64,000 nt of DNA from Eledone cirrhosa (lineage: Eukaryota): the NCBI GenBank assembly GCA_964016885.1, contig OZ024742.1, forward strand, positions 340,380,001 through 340,444,000, given 5' to 3'. The notes under the pieces were generated by a model, which was not told the DNA's origin, did no database searches, and was given only the letters and a program-made list of their open reading frames with translations. A program made the position numbers and the translations under genes. Positions 1 to 14,300 of the stretch are shown piece after piece (within the stretch, counting starts at the first letter, position 1; every line of letters begins with the position of its first letter).

Positions 1-209
1 GTCCACAAATCTGCTGCTAAAACTTCTTCCTGTGTCAACAGTTTGAAATTAGTTCTGACTTCTTAATCCTAATTGAAAAATTGTATGCAGTCAGTAAAAT
101 ATTCTTATCTAGATTGTTACCAATGGAGGTGTCTATAAAAACTGTTACCCAAAATATAGATGTAGTCACATGCAGGGAGATAAGAGCCACCATACAGCTG
201 CCTTATCCC

Positions 210-440
210 AGTGCAGGCATAGCTGTATGGTTAAGAAGTTCTGTTCGCAATATCGTGGGTCCAGATTTAGTCATACCCCGCTGCTTCGCAAGCGAGTATC
301 TTCTACTATAACCCCAGGTTGACCAATACTATCTTTAGTGGAATTTAGATTGAATGTATATGTGTGTTTGTTGGTGACGGTTGGAGTGGGGTGCATATGT
401 GAGGCCGTATCAGTGCTTGTGTTTGTATCGGTATTATGTC
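210..440 (+). mobile_element. Degenerate tRNA-derived SINE (octopus-type)
   Basis: A-box-like TAGCTGTATGGTTAAG, decayed B-box, body 'tcttctactataaccccaggttgaccaa' resembling the copy at 25350-25470. Confidence 0.5.
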
Positions 441-531
441 ACCTAAATTACCTGTTCGATAAAAAGATCGAGAAAAATGTAGCTGGTTGAAAAAATATAC
501 TGGCGTCGGTATCAGTGGCTAAAAGCATTTC

Positions 532-582
<51 letters not shown>

Positions 583-586
<4 letters not shown>

Positions 587-786
587 ATAATAATAATAAT
601 AATAATTGTTTCTACTTTTGGCACAAGGCAAGCAAATACCCAGTGCATTACTGGTACTTTATTTTATCGACCCCGTAATGATGAAAGGCAAAGTTAACCT
701 CGGCGGAATTTGAACTCAGACCGTAGAGGGACGTAACTATGCTGGAAAGCATGGCGTCTGACTCTCTACCGATACTGCCAATCCAC
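583..786 (-). mobile_element. tRNA-derived SINE with Meta-type core
   Basis: Minus strand: B-box GAGTTCAAATTCC, core 'ttgcctttcatcattacggggtcgataaaataaagtaccag', (ATT)n tail; near-identical copies at 27579, 28131, 28760. Confidence 0.85.
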
Positions 787-1440
787 AATGAGGAAATTAG
801 TGTGTACAGTGCTCAGGTGCACTACAACTCATCAAACGTGCATATATAGTACAGAGAATAATATAAAAATGTCAGGAAATAAACAGTGTATGAGTCATAA
901 AATACATGTGTGTGTGTATGGAGGGGGGAGGGCATCAGGTCAGTGTTGGCGAATCTCAGGAAGAATGGAGGTTTTAAAGGATGCAGTGTCTCGACAGCTA
1001 ATAACTGATGCAGGTAGTTTGTTCCATGGAGGTTTTAAAGGATGCAGTGTCTCGACAGCTAACAACTGATGCAGGTAGTTTGTTCCATGGAGGTTTTAAA
1101 GGATGCAGTGTCTCGACAGCTAACAACTGATGCAGGTAGTTTGTTCCATGGAGGTTTTAAAGGATGCAGTGTCTCGACAGCTAACAACTGATGCAGGTAG
1201 TTTGTTCCATGGAGGTTTTAAAGGATGCAGTGTCTCGACAGCTAACAACTGATGCAGGTAGTTTGTTCCATGCTTCAGAAAATCTGAGCGTGAGAAAATA
1301 TTTCCAAAAGTCATGGGAGCTGTGCTGTTTTCGGACTTTGTGGGCATGTCCACGTGTGTTAGACACATGGAAATCAAATAGGTGCTCAGGGCTGTTGTTG
1401 GCAAGATGGTTAATAATTGTGTGGGTGTTTACCAAGTATG
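787..1440 (-). mobile_element. CR1-clade LINE 3' fragment (ORF2 C-terminus + 3'UTR)
   Basis: Peptide NTRGHAHKVRK...FLTLRFSEAWNKLPASVVSCRDTASFK fits the CR1/L2 C-terminal TRGH..K..RV..WN.LP..VV..FK pattern; 3'UTR recurs at 32280-32420. Confidence 0.75.
965..1272. repeat. 61-bp tandem repeat, 5 copies, inside the CR1 fragment
   Basis: Unit ggaggttttaaaggatgcagtgtctcgacagctaacaactgatgcaggtagtttgttccat. Confidence 0.95.
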
Positions 1441-1545
1441 TTATATATATATTCCTATAAAGAATGCGTACTTGTCTAAATCCAGCACGAGCAATTATAT
1501 ATTTTAAAACGCGTAAAAATAACCAGAGGCTTGTAGAAATCTCAA

Positions 1546-1556
1546 TACACACACAC

Positions 1557-1587
<31 letters not shown>

Positions 1588-2500
1588 CACACACATACAC
1601 ACCATACACACACACAGACACACACACATACACACACGCATACACACACCATACACACACACATACACACACACACAAACACACACAAACACACACAAAC
1701 ACACACACACACACATCATACACACACACACATACACACACACAAACACACAAACACACACAGACACAAACACACACACACACACAGTCACACACAGACC
1801 CAGTCACACACACACACAGTCACATACACACCCACACACAGTCACACATATACACACACACACCTACTCGCGTACACTCACGCAACATACACACACTCAC
1901 ACACGCACACACACACACACAAACACACACACACATAAACCACACACACACACACACACACGCTCACACACACGCTTACACACACTCATACATACACACA
2001 CATATAGCCAACAGAAACACAGACACACACACACTTGCACATACACTCACACTCACACACACTACACCACAGACTCACATACATGCACACGCCCATACAC
2101 ACAAATACACACAATGTCAGAGAAAGAGGGACAGAGTGTAGAGAGAGGGGAGATAGAGATAGATAGATAGAGGGAGAGAGTGTGTGTAGAGAGATAGGGA
2201 AGATAGAGAGAGAGATAGAGGGAGAGAGTTTGTGTGTAGAGAGAGGAGAGAGAGGGTGAGAGATAGAGGGAGAGAGTGTGTGTGTAGAGAGAGAGAGGAG
2301 AGAGAGGGTGAGAGATAGAGGGAGAGAGTCTGTGTGTAGAGAGAGGAGAGAGAGGGTGAGAGAAAGAAAGGGAGGAGAGTGAAGAAGAGAGAATGGGAGA
2401 GAGAGGGAAAGACAGTGACAGAGAGAGAGTGAAGGAAAGAGAAGGAAAGACAGTGACGGAGAGAGAGTGAAGGAGAGAGAGAGAGAGAGCGAACAAGAGA
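1546..2500. repeat. Imperfect (CA)n then (GA)n microsatellite block
   Basis: Direct inspection. Confidence 0.9.
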
Positions 2501-2813
2501 GCGTGAGGAGGAAATGTATTAATGAATCTGTGAAGGGTTCACTAAATTATCCTATAAAAACCACTTAATGGCGTCTCTGTAACACATATACCTCCCCCCT
2601 CTCTGTAACACATCATCTGCGCCCGTTCCTCTGCATCACATCTACCTTCCCCATCTCTGTAACACATCATCTGCGACCCTTCCTCTGCATCACATCTACC
2701 TCCCCCCTCTCTCTTGCCAAGTCTCTCCTTCCTCTCATACATCTATTACGTGACACTCACCAGCATATACATACATATATTCATACTTGTACACACACAT
2801 AGTCTCATAGATA

Positions 2814-2850
<37 letters not shown>

Positions 2851-2853
2851 GTA

Positions 2854-2956
<103 letters not shown>

Positions 2957-2959
2957 ACA

Positions 2960-3051
<92 letters not shown>

Positions 3052-3054
3052 TAC

Positions 3055-3253
<199 letters not shown>

Positions 3254-3255
3254 CA

Positions 3256-3288
<33 letters not shown>

Positions 3289-3289
<1 letters not shown>

Positions 3290-3343
3290 GGAACCAGTAA
3301 GACTCCGACGGCTGAGCTCAAGCCGTTTCGACGGCTAATTCTG
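3289..3343 (-). mobile_element. PLE-derived mini-element, family A, single arm (HHR 3' half)
   Basis: Minus strand GCCGTC-GAAACGGCT-TGAGCTC-AGCCGTC-GGAGTC between TA tracts; homologous to 4143, 18430, 26851, 35001. Confidence 0.7.
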
Positions 3344-3368
3344 TATATATATATATGTTACACGCCTC

Positions 3369-3689
<321 letters not shown>

Positions 3690-3893
3690 CATATATATAT
3701 TGTCTATATATGTACGTACAGAGAAAACATGCTTTGATTTACATAAAAAAATAAAACTGTAAAATGTGAAAATTGAACCCCCCTCCCTCACTACCACCAC
3801 GCGTTCATTAGTAGATATATTTATATATAAGATTCTTCACAGGGGCCCCAACATTAAAAAGGAATTAAAAATTATGTGTGTGTATATGTATAC

Positions 3894-3930
<37 letters not shown>

Positions 3931-3967
3931 TACAAATATATATATATTTATATATATATATATATAT

Positions 3968-4058
<91 letters not shown>

Positions 4059-4060
4059 AT

Positions 4061-4251
4061 AACAAAGGAATTGTGGTAAGGAACGAGATGGTACATAACG
4101 CAGCAAAGTACTCAATACTTGGGGTAGTAGAGTGGGAAATACGAAAAAGTATGACCCCGACGGCAGAGCTCAAGCCGTTTCGACGGCTATTTCTGGACTC
4201 GATTACGTCGAAACAGCTTGAGCTCTGCTGTCGGGGTCATACTTTTTCCTA
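4061..4251. mobile_element. Family A palindrome+tail mini-element
   Basis: Inverted arms 4143-4185 / 4206-4248, about 80-bp unpaired tail 4061-4142, TA tracts on both sides. Confidence 0.8.
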
Positions 4252-4254
4252 TAC

Positions 4255-4286
<32 letters not shown>

Positions 4287-4324
4287 GTATGTATATGTAT
4301 ATATATACATATATATACATACAC

Positions 4325-4558
<234 letters not shown>

Positions 4559-4637
4559 TTATGCATAAACTACAAGTTAAACAAAAACAATAACTGCGCA
4601 AAGAGAAACACCATCAACAACAACAATTATCCCAGTG

Positions 4638-4893
4638 CAACCTCAGACAGTTTGTTACACGCCTCAGACAGTTTATGTTACACGCCTCAGACAGTTTATG
4701 TTACACGCCTCAGACGGTTTATGTTACACGCCTAAGACAGTTTATGTTACACGCCTCAGACAGTTTATGTTACACGCCTCAGACAGTTTATGTTACACGC
4801 CTCAGACGGTTTATGTTACACGCCTCAGACAGTTTATGTTACACGCCTCAGACAGTTTATGTTACACGCCTCAGATAGTTTATGTTACACGCC
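4638..4893. repeat. 23-bp minisatellite, about 11 copies
   Basis: Unit cacgcctcagacagtttatgtta. Confidence 0.95.
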
Positions 4894-5242
4894 ATGATGA
4901 TGGGGACGGAGACTTAAATAAAGACATTCTCCCTACATATAACATCAAATAAAGACATATGTTGGGATATAGAGATATACACATATATATATGTACACAC
5001 CTATATATATAATTTTATAGGTATATATGTTTATATATATATATATACATATACATATACATATATATGTATATATATATACATATATATATGTATATAT
5101 ATGTATATATATACATATATATATGTATGTATATATATGTATATATATACATATATGTATATATATATATATACATATATATAAATGCATATATATACAT
5201 ACATATATATATATATGCATATATGTATATATATATATATAT

Positions 5243-5898
5243 ACAATATATTTAGAAACACACAGATACATGCGGACACACACATATACATGAATGCATC
5301 CGCACCCAACCGTGAGTTAAGGGTGCCAACTTCACCGATGTTGCTCAATGAATGACTGGGACAGACCAATCCGGTTGAACCAGACTGAACCAGTATCAGA
5401 GTTAAAAATACATTATGAAGAGAGAAGAAACATTTAGATATAATTAGTAATAAAATGTATCATACCTAAACTGCTCCTAGATTCCTCGACTACGTAGTTT
5501 CGTGGCATAATCAAAAACAATACATCATAAAGATATAGAGTCCTTGCGAGGTCTGCCGACTTATCAAGAGGATACCTCATTTACTAGTCTCAAGAACGCG
5601 TCTACACGACGTGAGAAAGAATCCCAAAAGGCGGAGGGGGAGATAGTCACGCGATATAACGGTCGAGAAACAGAGCTAAGCCTCTTATAACCCCGAAGAA
5701 AATACCACGGAGGCGGAGGGGGTATTTATATCGAAGCCGTAGAAGAGGTGGTGAAGGAGGCGAGAAGTATGAGTAATGGAAGCTTTCCAACAGCCCCTAC
5801 ACTTCAAAGATTGCTCGACCAGAGGGAGTTATTAACAATATATTTAGAAACACACAGATACATGCGGACACACACATATACATGAATGCATCCGCACC
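5243..5898 (-). mobile_element. Non-coding terminally redundant element (592-bp unit) with internal HHR; retrozyme-like
   Basis: 64-bp direct repeat 5243-5306 / 5835-5898, no ORF, TA flanks, HHR at 5482-5573. Confidence 0.7.
5482..5573 (-). ncRNA. Type I hammerhead ribozyme (core mutated)
   Basis: Stem I TCCTC/GAGGA, core TTGATAA (vs CTGANGA), stem II GTCGGCA..TGCCAC, GAAA, palindromic stem III ACTACGTAGT, GTC cleavage triplet. Confidence 0.75.
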
Positions 5899-5951
5899 AT
5901 ATATATATATACGATATTAATAAATGGAAACTATATTTATAAAACCATATT

Positions 5952-6017
5952 TATTTCATTATACATATTTCAGGGATACCAAATTAAAATATGGTATGCC
6001 TTCATCAGACAAAATAC
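5952..6017 (-). ncRNA. Type I hammerhead ribozyme in pLTR
   Basis: CTGATGA (6008-6002), stem II AGGCATACC..GGTATCCCT, GAAA-TATG-TA, imperfect stem I. Confidence 0.65.
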
Positions 6018-7472
6018 AATATATAAACAGTTTTATAAATAATTTTGACGTACCCTATTAAATGCAACCATTATTTTTGGAAGCTGTCTGGATAGTGAAA
6101 TGTTTATATTATTTTATTAGTTATAGTGTTAAGCACAATTAGAAAAAGACGGAGAGAAAGAAAGAAAAAAAAACGGAGAGAGAGAAGGAGAGAGAAAGAA
6201 GGAGAGAGAGAAAAAGAAAACCTGGAGAAATATCGGAGAGAGAGAGAAATGTATGTAGAAAACAAAGAGATAAATAGATAGGAGGAAATAAAAAAGAAAG
6301 AGAAAGGAAGAAATAAGAAAAACAAAGGAAAGCAACAGAGAGATAATAAGTCATCATACAGATAGAAAAACTCAAGAGAGAGAAAATACTATATAGAGAG
6401 AGAGGGGGAGATAGTGACAACTTTACGTCATGTCATATTAAGTTGAGTTAACAATTTATATGAAATGAATAATAAAAATATAAATATCAATATTCATGAA
6501 TGGGACATAGATATATAATATGAGAAAATAACATTGTTCAATAATGACCATATGTTTAGTTTAAAAACTTGAGATCAATATACCAAAATCTGAGTTAAAT
6601 CTTTCAAAAAGTACCCTATTTATAAAAATCAGGATACAAATGTGTATATATATATACACACATATGTACGTCCTGAAAATAGAAATTATGTCTACTCAAG
6701 CCAATAATATAGACACACAAAGCGCAAATGATTTCACTTGATCACTGCTATACACTCCTTGTGTTATAAAAAGTTAACAGTATATATACATAAATATACG
6801 ATTAATATTCATGTCCTCATATATACGATTACCGTTCATGTATTTGATATTATGCATATCTGCAACATACATCACATATACACCCACACATATATACACA
6901 TACATATGTATAAATAAATATCTGCGTGAGTACTCCATCATCGCTCATGTATATATACAGACATATATACAAACACATAAATAGACCCTATAACACTTTT
7001 ATATGCATGTTAATACCCACATATGGCATTTGTATAGAGATAATCAAATATCAATATATTAATATAGAAATATCAAAGCATTAAATATCTTTAAAACACT
7101 ATAGAGTATCTCAAGTTAAAATGATATGTTTTATATATTTAGTTTAGAAAGTTATCCTACCTATATCTCAAACAAGATATTGAAAGGGTAGACTTATGAA
7201 AGTTATTAGAAGCTATCAGAGTCAAAACAAATAAAAAATAAAAATAATTTAAAAGATTTAGAAGACCCAGTGATTTTACGGATAACCTTATATTTAGTAT
7301 AGAAATTTATCTTACGTATATTTTATTTAATACATTGGGAGCATATACATTTTAGAGTGGTTTATTATATCCTTGTTTATATTTAGGAAGAAAGTTAAAA
7401 TGAAAAAGGTGAAGGAATCTAATGATTTATCGACAGGTTTCATATATTAACTAAATTTCTTAATTAATTATA

Positions 7473-8565
7473 CTACATTTTAAATTTATATTTATATTTA
7501 AACGTTGAGTTCAATCTATGTCTGCAGCAACTGAATAAATTGCTCCTTAAATTAAGGGAATTTTGGGACTTTAATATAAAGAATATTTCTTCTATACAAA
7601 GATCACAATTTTCTGAAGAGGAATTAAAAGGAGTAGCTTGTGAAATAATATTCCAATTCATCGAATATTTAATATTATCTCGTTTAAGGTGCCAGAGTAG
7701 GCTAGATAACGAAGTTTGGATCTGTGAAAGAATTCTTATGATTATTGAAGCGAAGTTTAAATTCTGTCGAGGTGGAACCAACATAGTTGAAAGAATTTAA
7801 ATTAGTTTTAACATTACAATTGTACACTACATTTTTAGCTAAGCAGTTGTTATTTAACGGACAGTTAGATTTATTTCTACAGTTACAGTTATTTAATTGA
7901 ATATTGTTTGGGTTATTATTGGTATTTTGGTTAGGTTTTAAATTCCTATTATTAATTCTATTAATATTTTGTGCTAAATTTTTGGTGGACGAGTAAGTTA
8001 ATTTTATAGTGTGTCTATTAAAAATTGAGTAATATTTATGTGTTCTAGGGAAGCGTTTGTCAAGAGCATTAAAGAATAGTTTAGCAATATGGGTTTTAAT
8101 ATTTAGTGAGAAAGGGGGGGCAAACCATAATATATTTCTAGTTCTATTTCTTTTTCGGCTTTTGGAATTATTGTAATGTTTTCTATTATAGTTGTTAAAG
8201 TTGTTACCGTAATTGAAATTGTTATTATTTTGGTTAGTTTGCTTATTATTATTATCGATGTATTTAATTTTATCTCTATATCCTGCTCTACCTAACGCTT
8301 CATTGTAATACTGCGCTTTTTCATCAAAAATATTTTTATTAGATGAAATTCTTGAAATTCGTTCTTGAACAGAGTTCACTATAGTATTTTTAACAGATCT
8401 GGGGTGATTAGAGTTAAAATTGACATAATTCAAGTTCTCATTTAGTTTGTGAAATGGATAATGAAGACATGTGTTGAGATTTAGTGTTACATCCAGAAAA
8501 TTGACTATTCTATGGTTATTCTCTATTTCTATTTTTAGATTAAGGTAATTAAAAAATTGTATAAT
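7473..8565 (-). pseudogene. PLE RT C-terminus + GIY-YIG endonuclease, frameshifted near 7715
   Basis: VNFLDVTLNL, YVNFNSNHP, WFAPPFS, linker CNCRNKSNCPLNNNCL, VVY..YVGST..FKLRFNNH, then in a second frame CDLCIEE..LNLRS..CRH. Confidence 0.9.
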
Positions 8566-8717
8566 TTTTTTCTTTCTTTCTCTCCGTCTTTTTCTAATTG
8601 TGCTTAACACTATAACTAATAAAATAATATAAACATTTCACTATCCAGACAGCTTCCAAAAATAATGGTTGCATTTGATAGCGTACGTCAAAATTATTTA
8701 TAAAACTGTTTATAAAT

Positions 8718-8786
8718 TGTATTTTGTCCGATGAAGGCATACCATATTTTAATTTGGTATCCCTGAAATATGTATAATGAAATACA
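8718..8786 (+). ncRNA. Hammerhead motif in inverted pLTR (core CCGATGA)
   Basis: Reverse complement of 5952-6017 with one core substitution. Confidence 0.6.
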
Positions 8787-8911
8787 TATGGTTTTATAAA
8801 TATAGTTTCCATTTATTAATATCATAGATCTACTCCAAAAACTTGTCGAGTGCTCTATATCAGTTATAAAATATTTACATGTTGCATCCCAACAATTTTA
8901 AATAGAACTTT

Positions 8912-9010
<99 letters not shown>

Positions 9011-9111
9011 ATATATATCTATATATATATGTATATATATATATGCATATATATATATGTATATATGTATATATATAGATATGTATATATGTATATATAT
9101 ATATTTGTATG

Positions 9112-9142
<31 letters not shown>

Positions 9143-9288
9143 ATATATATATACATATATATATGCATACATATATATATATATATATACATATATATAT
9201 GCATACATATATATATATATATATATATACATATATATGCATAAATATATATATGTATATATTTATATATATATATATATATATGTAT

Positions 9289-9371
<83 letters not shown>

Positions 9372-9390
9372 CATATATATATATATGTAT

Positions 9391-9503
<113 letters not shown>

Positions 9504-9529
9504 CATGTGTACATATATTTCATTATAAG

Positions 9530-9722
9530 CAGAAGGGATATTCAATTTGTTGGTAATTCAACAAATATAAATGTTTATAACTGATTTAGATCACTCGACA
9601 GATTTTTCTGGAGTATAATATACAATAAATTAAATAAATGGAAACTATATTTATGAAACCATATTATATATATTTCAAGGGTACCAAAACTTTGCTACGC
9701 TTTCATTACATAAAATACAAGG
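9530..9722 (-). mobile_element. Older diverged family-B pLTR end with decayed HHR
   Basis: Shares 'aataaatggaaactatatttat' and tail 'ataactgat..cactcgaca..ttt..ggagta' with 5911/8915 copies. Confidence 0.65.
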
Positions 9723-9807
9723 TTTGTTTTAAAATATTTGACATGACCAAGAAAAGTTACCTTAACGGTCAAGTTTTTCTTAAAACTTGAACTGTTAAGA
9801 TATCTTT

Positions 9808-11240
9808 TGGTGGTGCTTTGGTGGTGGTGGTAGTGGTCGAGTTGGTGGTGCTTGTGGTGGTGGTGGTAGTGGTGGTGGTGGTGGAATTGGTGGTGTTTGT
9901 GGTGGTGGTGGAGTTGGTGGTGCTTGTGGTGGTGGTAGTGGTGGTGGTGGTGGTGGTGGTGGTGGTCGAGTTGGTGGTGCTTGTGGTAGTCGTGGTGGTG
10001 GTGGTGGTGGTGGTGGTGCTAGTGGTAGTGGTCGAGCTGGTGGTGCTTGTGGTAGTCGTGGTGGTGGTGGTGGTGGTGGTGGTGCTAGTGGTAGTGGTGG
10101 TGGTAGTGGTCGAGCTGGTGGTGCTTGTGGTAGTCGTGGTAGTGGTGGTGGTGGAGTTGGTGGTGCTTGTGGTAGTGGTGGTGGTGGTGGTGGAGTTGGT
10201 GGTGCTTGTGGTGGTGGTAGTGGTGGTGGTGGTGGTGGTGGTGGTGGTGGTCGAGTTGGTGGTGCTTGTGGTAGTCGTGGTGGTGGTGGTGGTGGTGGTG
10301 GTGCTAGTGGTAGTGGTCGTGGTGGTGGTCGAGCTGGTGGTGCTTGTGGTAGTCGTGGTGGTGGTGGTGGTGGTGGTGGTGCTAGTGGTAGTGGTGGTGG
10401 TAGTGGTCGAGCTGGTGGTGCTTGTGGTAGTCGTGGTAGTGGTGGTGGTGGAGTTGGTGGTGCTTGTGGTAGTGGTGGTGGTGGTGGTGGATTTGATGGT
10501 GCTTGTGGTGGTGGTGGTGGTGGTAGTGGTGGTGCGTGTGGTAGTATTGGTGGTGGTGGTCGAGTTGGTGGTGCTTGTGGTGGCGGTGGTGGTGGAATTG
10601 GTGGTGCTTGTGGTAGTGGTGGTGGTGGTGGTAGTGGTGGTTGTGGTGGAGTTGGTGGTGTTTGTGGTGGTGGTGGTAGTGGTCGAGTTGGTGGTGCTTG
10701 TGGTGGTGGTGGTTGTGGTGGTGGTGTTGGTGGCGCTTGTGGGAGTGGTGGTGGCGGTGGTGGAGTTGATGGTGCGTGTGGTAGTGGTGGTGGTGGTGGT
10801 GGTGGTGGTGGTGGTGGTGGTGGAGTTGGTGGTGCTTGTGGTAATGGTGGTTGTGGTGGAGTTGGTGGTGCTTGAGCTAGTGGTGGTGGTGGTGGTGGTG
10901 CTTGTGGTGGTGGTGGTGGTGGGGGTGGAGGTGGGGGTGGATTTGGTGGTGCTTGTGGTAGTGGTGGTGGTGGTGGAGTTGGTGGTGCTTGTGATAGTGG
11001 TGGTAGTGGTGGTGGTGGTGGTGGAGTTGGTGGTGCTTGTGGTAGTGGTGGTGGTGGCGGTGGAGTTGGTGGTGCTTATGGTAGTGGTGGTTGTCGTCGT
11101 GGTAGTGGTGCTTGTGATAGTGGTGTTATTGGTGGTTGTGGTGGTGGAGTTGGTGGTGCTTGTGGTAGTGTGGTGGTGGTGGTGGTGGAGGTGGTGGTGG
11201 AGTTGGTGGTGCTGGTGGTAGTGTTAGTGGTGACGGTGGA
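9808..11240. repeat. (GTG)n-derived degenerate minisatellite
   Basis: GTG runs punctuated by gagttggtggtgctt. Confidence 0.9.
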
Positions 11241-11314
11241 GGTAGTTGTCCGTAGTGTAGGGTGGATGGTGTATGGTATATGTTGCTATGTGTGCAGGCG
11301 GTGGTCGTGTTATC

Positions 11315-14300
11315 TATGTGTAGAGTAAAATAGTGCAGTGTGTGGTGTGTGTATGTAGAGTAAAATAGTGTGGTGTGTGTTGTGTGTATGTAGAGTAAAA
11401 TAGTGTGGTGTGTGTTGTGTGTATGTAGTGTAAAGTTGTGTGGTGTGTTGTGTGTATGTAGTGTAAGGTTGTGTGGTGTGTGTTGTGTGTATGTAGTGTA
11501 AGGTAGTGTGGTGTGTGGTGTGTGTGTATGTAGTGTAAAGTTGTGTGGTGTCTGTTGTGTGTATGTAGTGTAAGGTTGTGTGGTGTGTGTTGTGTGTATG
11601 TAGAGTAAAATAGTGTGGTGTGTGTTGTGTGTATATAGTGTAAAGTTGTGTGTGGTGTGTGGTGTGTGTATGTAGAGTAAAGTTGTGTGGTGTGTGGTGT
11701 GTGTTGTGTGTATGTAGAGTAAAATAGTGTGGTGTGTGTTGTGTGTATGTAGAGTAAAATAGTGTGGTGTGTGTTGTGTGTATGTAGAGTAAAATAGTGT
11801 GGTGTGTGTTGTGTGTATGTAGAGTATAATAGTGTGTTGTGTGGTGTGTGTATGTTGTGTAAGGTTGTGTGGTGTGTGTTGTGTGTATGTAGTGTAAGGT
11901 AGTGTGGTGTGTGGTGTGTGTATGTAGTGTAAGGTTGTGTGGTGTGTGTTGTTTGTATGTAGTGTAATGTAGTGTGGTGTGTGTTTGTGTGTATGTAGTG
12001 TAAAGTTGTGTGGTGTGTGGTGTGTGTATGTAGAGTAAAGTTGTGTGGTGTGTGGTGTGTGGTGTGTGTATGTAGAGTAAAGTTGTGTGGTGTGTGGTGT
12101 GTGGTGTGTGTATGTAGAGTAAAGTTGTGTGGTGTGTGGTGTGTATGTAGTGTAAGGTTGTGTGGTGTGTGTATGTAGTGTAAAGTTGTGTGGTGTGTGG
12201 TGTGTGTATGTAGTGTATAGTTGCGTGGTGTGTGTTGTATGTATGTAGAGTAAAATAGTGTGGTGTGTGGTGTGTGTATGTAGTGTAAAGTTGTGTGGTG
12301 TCTGTTGTGTGTATGTAGTGTAAAGTTGTGTGGTGTGTTGTGTGTATGTAGAATAAAATAGTGTGGTGTGTGGTGTGTGTATGTAGTGTAAAGTTGTGTA
12401 AAGTTGTGTGGTGTGTGTTGTGTGTATGTAGAATAAAATAGAGTGGTGTGTGTTGTGTGTATGTAGTGTAAAGTTGTGTGGTGTGTTGTGTGTATGTAGA
12501 ATAAAATAGTGTGGCGTGTGGTGTGTGTATGTAGTGTAAAGTTGTGTGGTGTGTTGTGTGTGTATGTAGTCTAAAAAATTGTGGTGTGTGTTGTGTGTAT
12601 GTAGTGTAAAATTGTGTGGTGTGTGGTGTGTGTATGTAGTGTAAAATTGTGTGGTGTGTTGTGTGTGTATGTAGTGTAAAGATGTGTGGTGTGTCTTGTG
12701 TATATGTGGAGTAAAATAGTGTGGTGTGTGTTGTGTGTATGTAGTGTAAAGTTGTGTGGTGTGTGTTGTGTGTATGTAGAGTAAAGTTGTGTGGTGTGTT
12801 GTGTGTGTATGTAGTGTAAGCTTGTGTGGTGTGTGTTGTGTGTATGTAGTGTAAAATTGTGTGGTGTGTGTTGTGTGTATGTAGTGTAAAGTTGTGTGGT
12901 GTGTGGTGTGTGTATGTAGTGTAAAGATGTGTGGTGTGTGTTGTGTATGTGTGGAGTAAAATAGTGTGGTGTGTGTTGTGTGTATGTAGTGTAAAGTTGT
13001 GTGGTGTGTGTTGTGTGTATGTAGAGTAAAGTTGTGTGGTGTGTGTTGTGTGTATGTAGTGTAAAGTTGTGTGGTGTGTGGTGTGTGTATGTAGTGCAAA
13101 GTTGTGTGGTGTGTGGTGTGTGTATGTAGAGTAAAATAGTGTGGTGTGTGGTGTGTGTTGTGTGTATGTAGAGTAAAATAGTGTGGTGTGTGGTGTGTGT
13201 TGTGTGTATGTAGAGTAAAATAGTGTGGTGTGTGGTGTGTATGTAGTGTAAAGTTGTGTGGTGTGTGTTGTGTGTATGTAGAGTAAAATAGTGTGGTGTG
13301 TGGCGTGTGTATGTAGTGTAAAGTTGTGTGGTGTCTGTTGTGTGTATGTAGAGTAAAATAGTGTGGTGTGTGTTGTGTGTATGTAGTGTAAAATAGTGTG
13401 GTGTGTGGTTTGTGTATGTAGTGTAAAGTTGTGTGGTGTGTGTTGTGTGTATGTAGAGTAAAACAGTGTGGTGTGTGTTGGGTGTATGTAGTGTAAAATA
13501 GTGTGGTGTGTGTTGTGTATGTAGAATAAAATAGAGTGGTATGTGTTGTGTGTATGTAGTGTAAAGTTGTGTGGTGTGTTGTGTGTGTATGTAGTGTAAA
13601 ATTGTATGGTGTGTGTTGTGTGTATATAGTGTAAAGTTGTGTGGTGTGTGGTGTGGGTATGTAGTGTAAGGTTGTGTGGTGTGTGTTGTATGTATGTAGT
13701 GTAAAAGTGTGTGGCGTGTTTTGTGTGTATGTAGTGTAAAGTTGTGTGGTGTGTGTTGTGTGTATGTAGTGTAAATTTGTGTGGTGTGTGTTGTGTGTAT
13801 GTAGTGTAAAGTTGTGTGGTGTGTGGTGTGTGTATGTAGTGTAAAGTTGTGTGGTGTGTGGTGTGTATGTAGTGTAAAGTTGTGTGATGTGTGTTGTGTG
13901 TATGTAGTGTAAAGTTGTGTGGTGTGTGTTGTGTGTATGTAGAGTAAAATAGTGTGGTGTGTGGTGTGTGTATGTAGTGTAAAGTTGTGTGGTGTGTGTT
14001 GTGTGTATGTAGAGTAAAATAGTGTGGTGTGTGGTGTGTGTATGTAGTGTAAAGTTGTGTAGTGTGTGTTGTGTGTATGTAGTGTAATGTTGTGTGGTGT
14101 GTTGTGTGTATGTAGAATAAATAGTGTGGTGTGTGGTGTGTGTATGTAGTGTAAAGTTGTGTGGTGTGTGTTGTGTGTATGTAGTGTAAAGTTGTGTGGT
14201 GTGTTGTGTGTGTATGTAGAGTAAGGTAGTGTGGTGTGTGTTGTGTGTATGTAGTGTCAAGTTGTGTGGTGCGTGGTGTGTGTATGTAGAATAAAATAGT

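Larger units (their letters stand above)
5911..8915 (-). mobile_element. 5'-truncated Penelope-like element (Naiad-like) with inverted pseudo-LTRs (family B)
   Basis: About 260-bp inverted repeats 5911-6171 / 8565-8824 each with an HHR motif, about 90-bp tail 8825-8915, internal RT-thumb/GIY-YIG remnant, TA flanks. Confidence 0.85.

Noticed and set aside
583-786. tRNA gene
   Set aside because: A/B boxes belong to a multi-copy SINE head; no cloverleaf.
4206-4232. Apparent compensatory change in family A stem III (ACAGC/GCTGT)
   Set aside because: Both substitutions are CpG-deamination type, so they are not evidence of selection.
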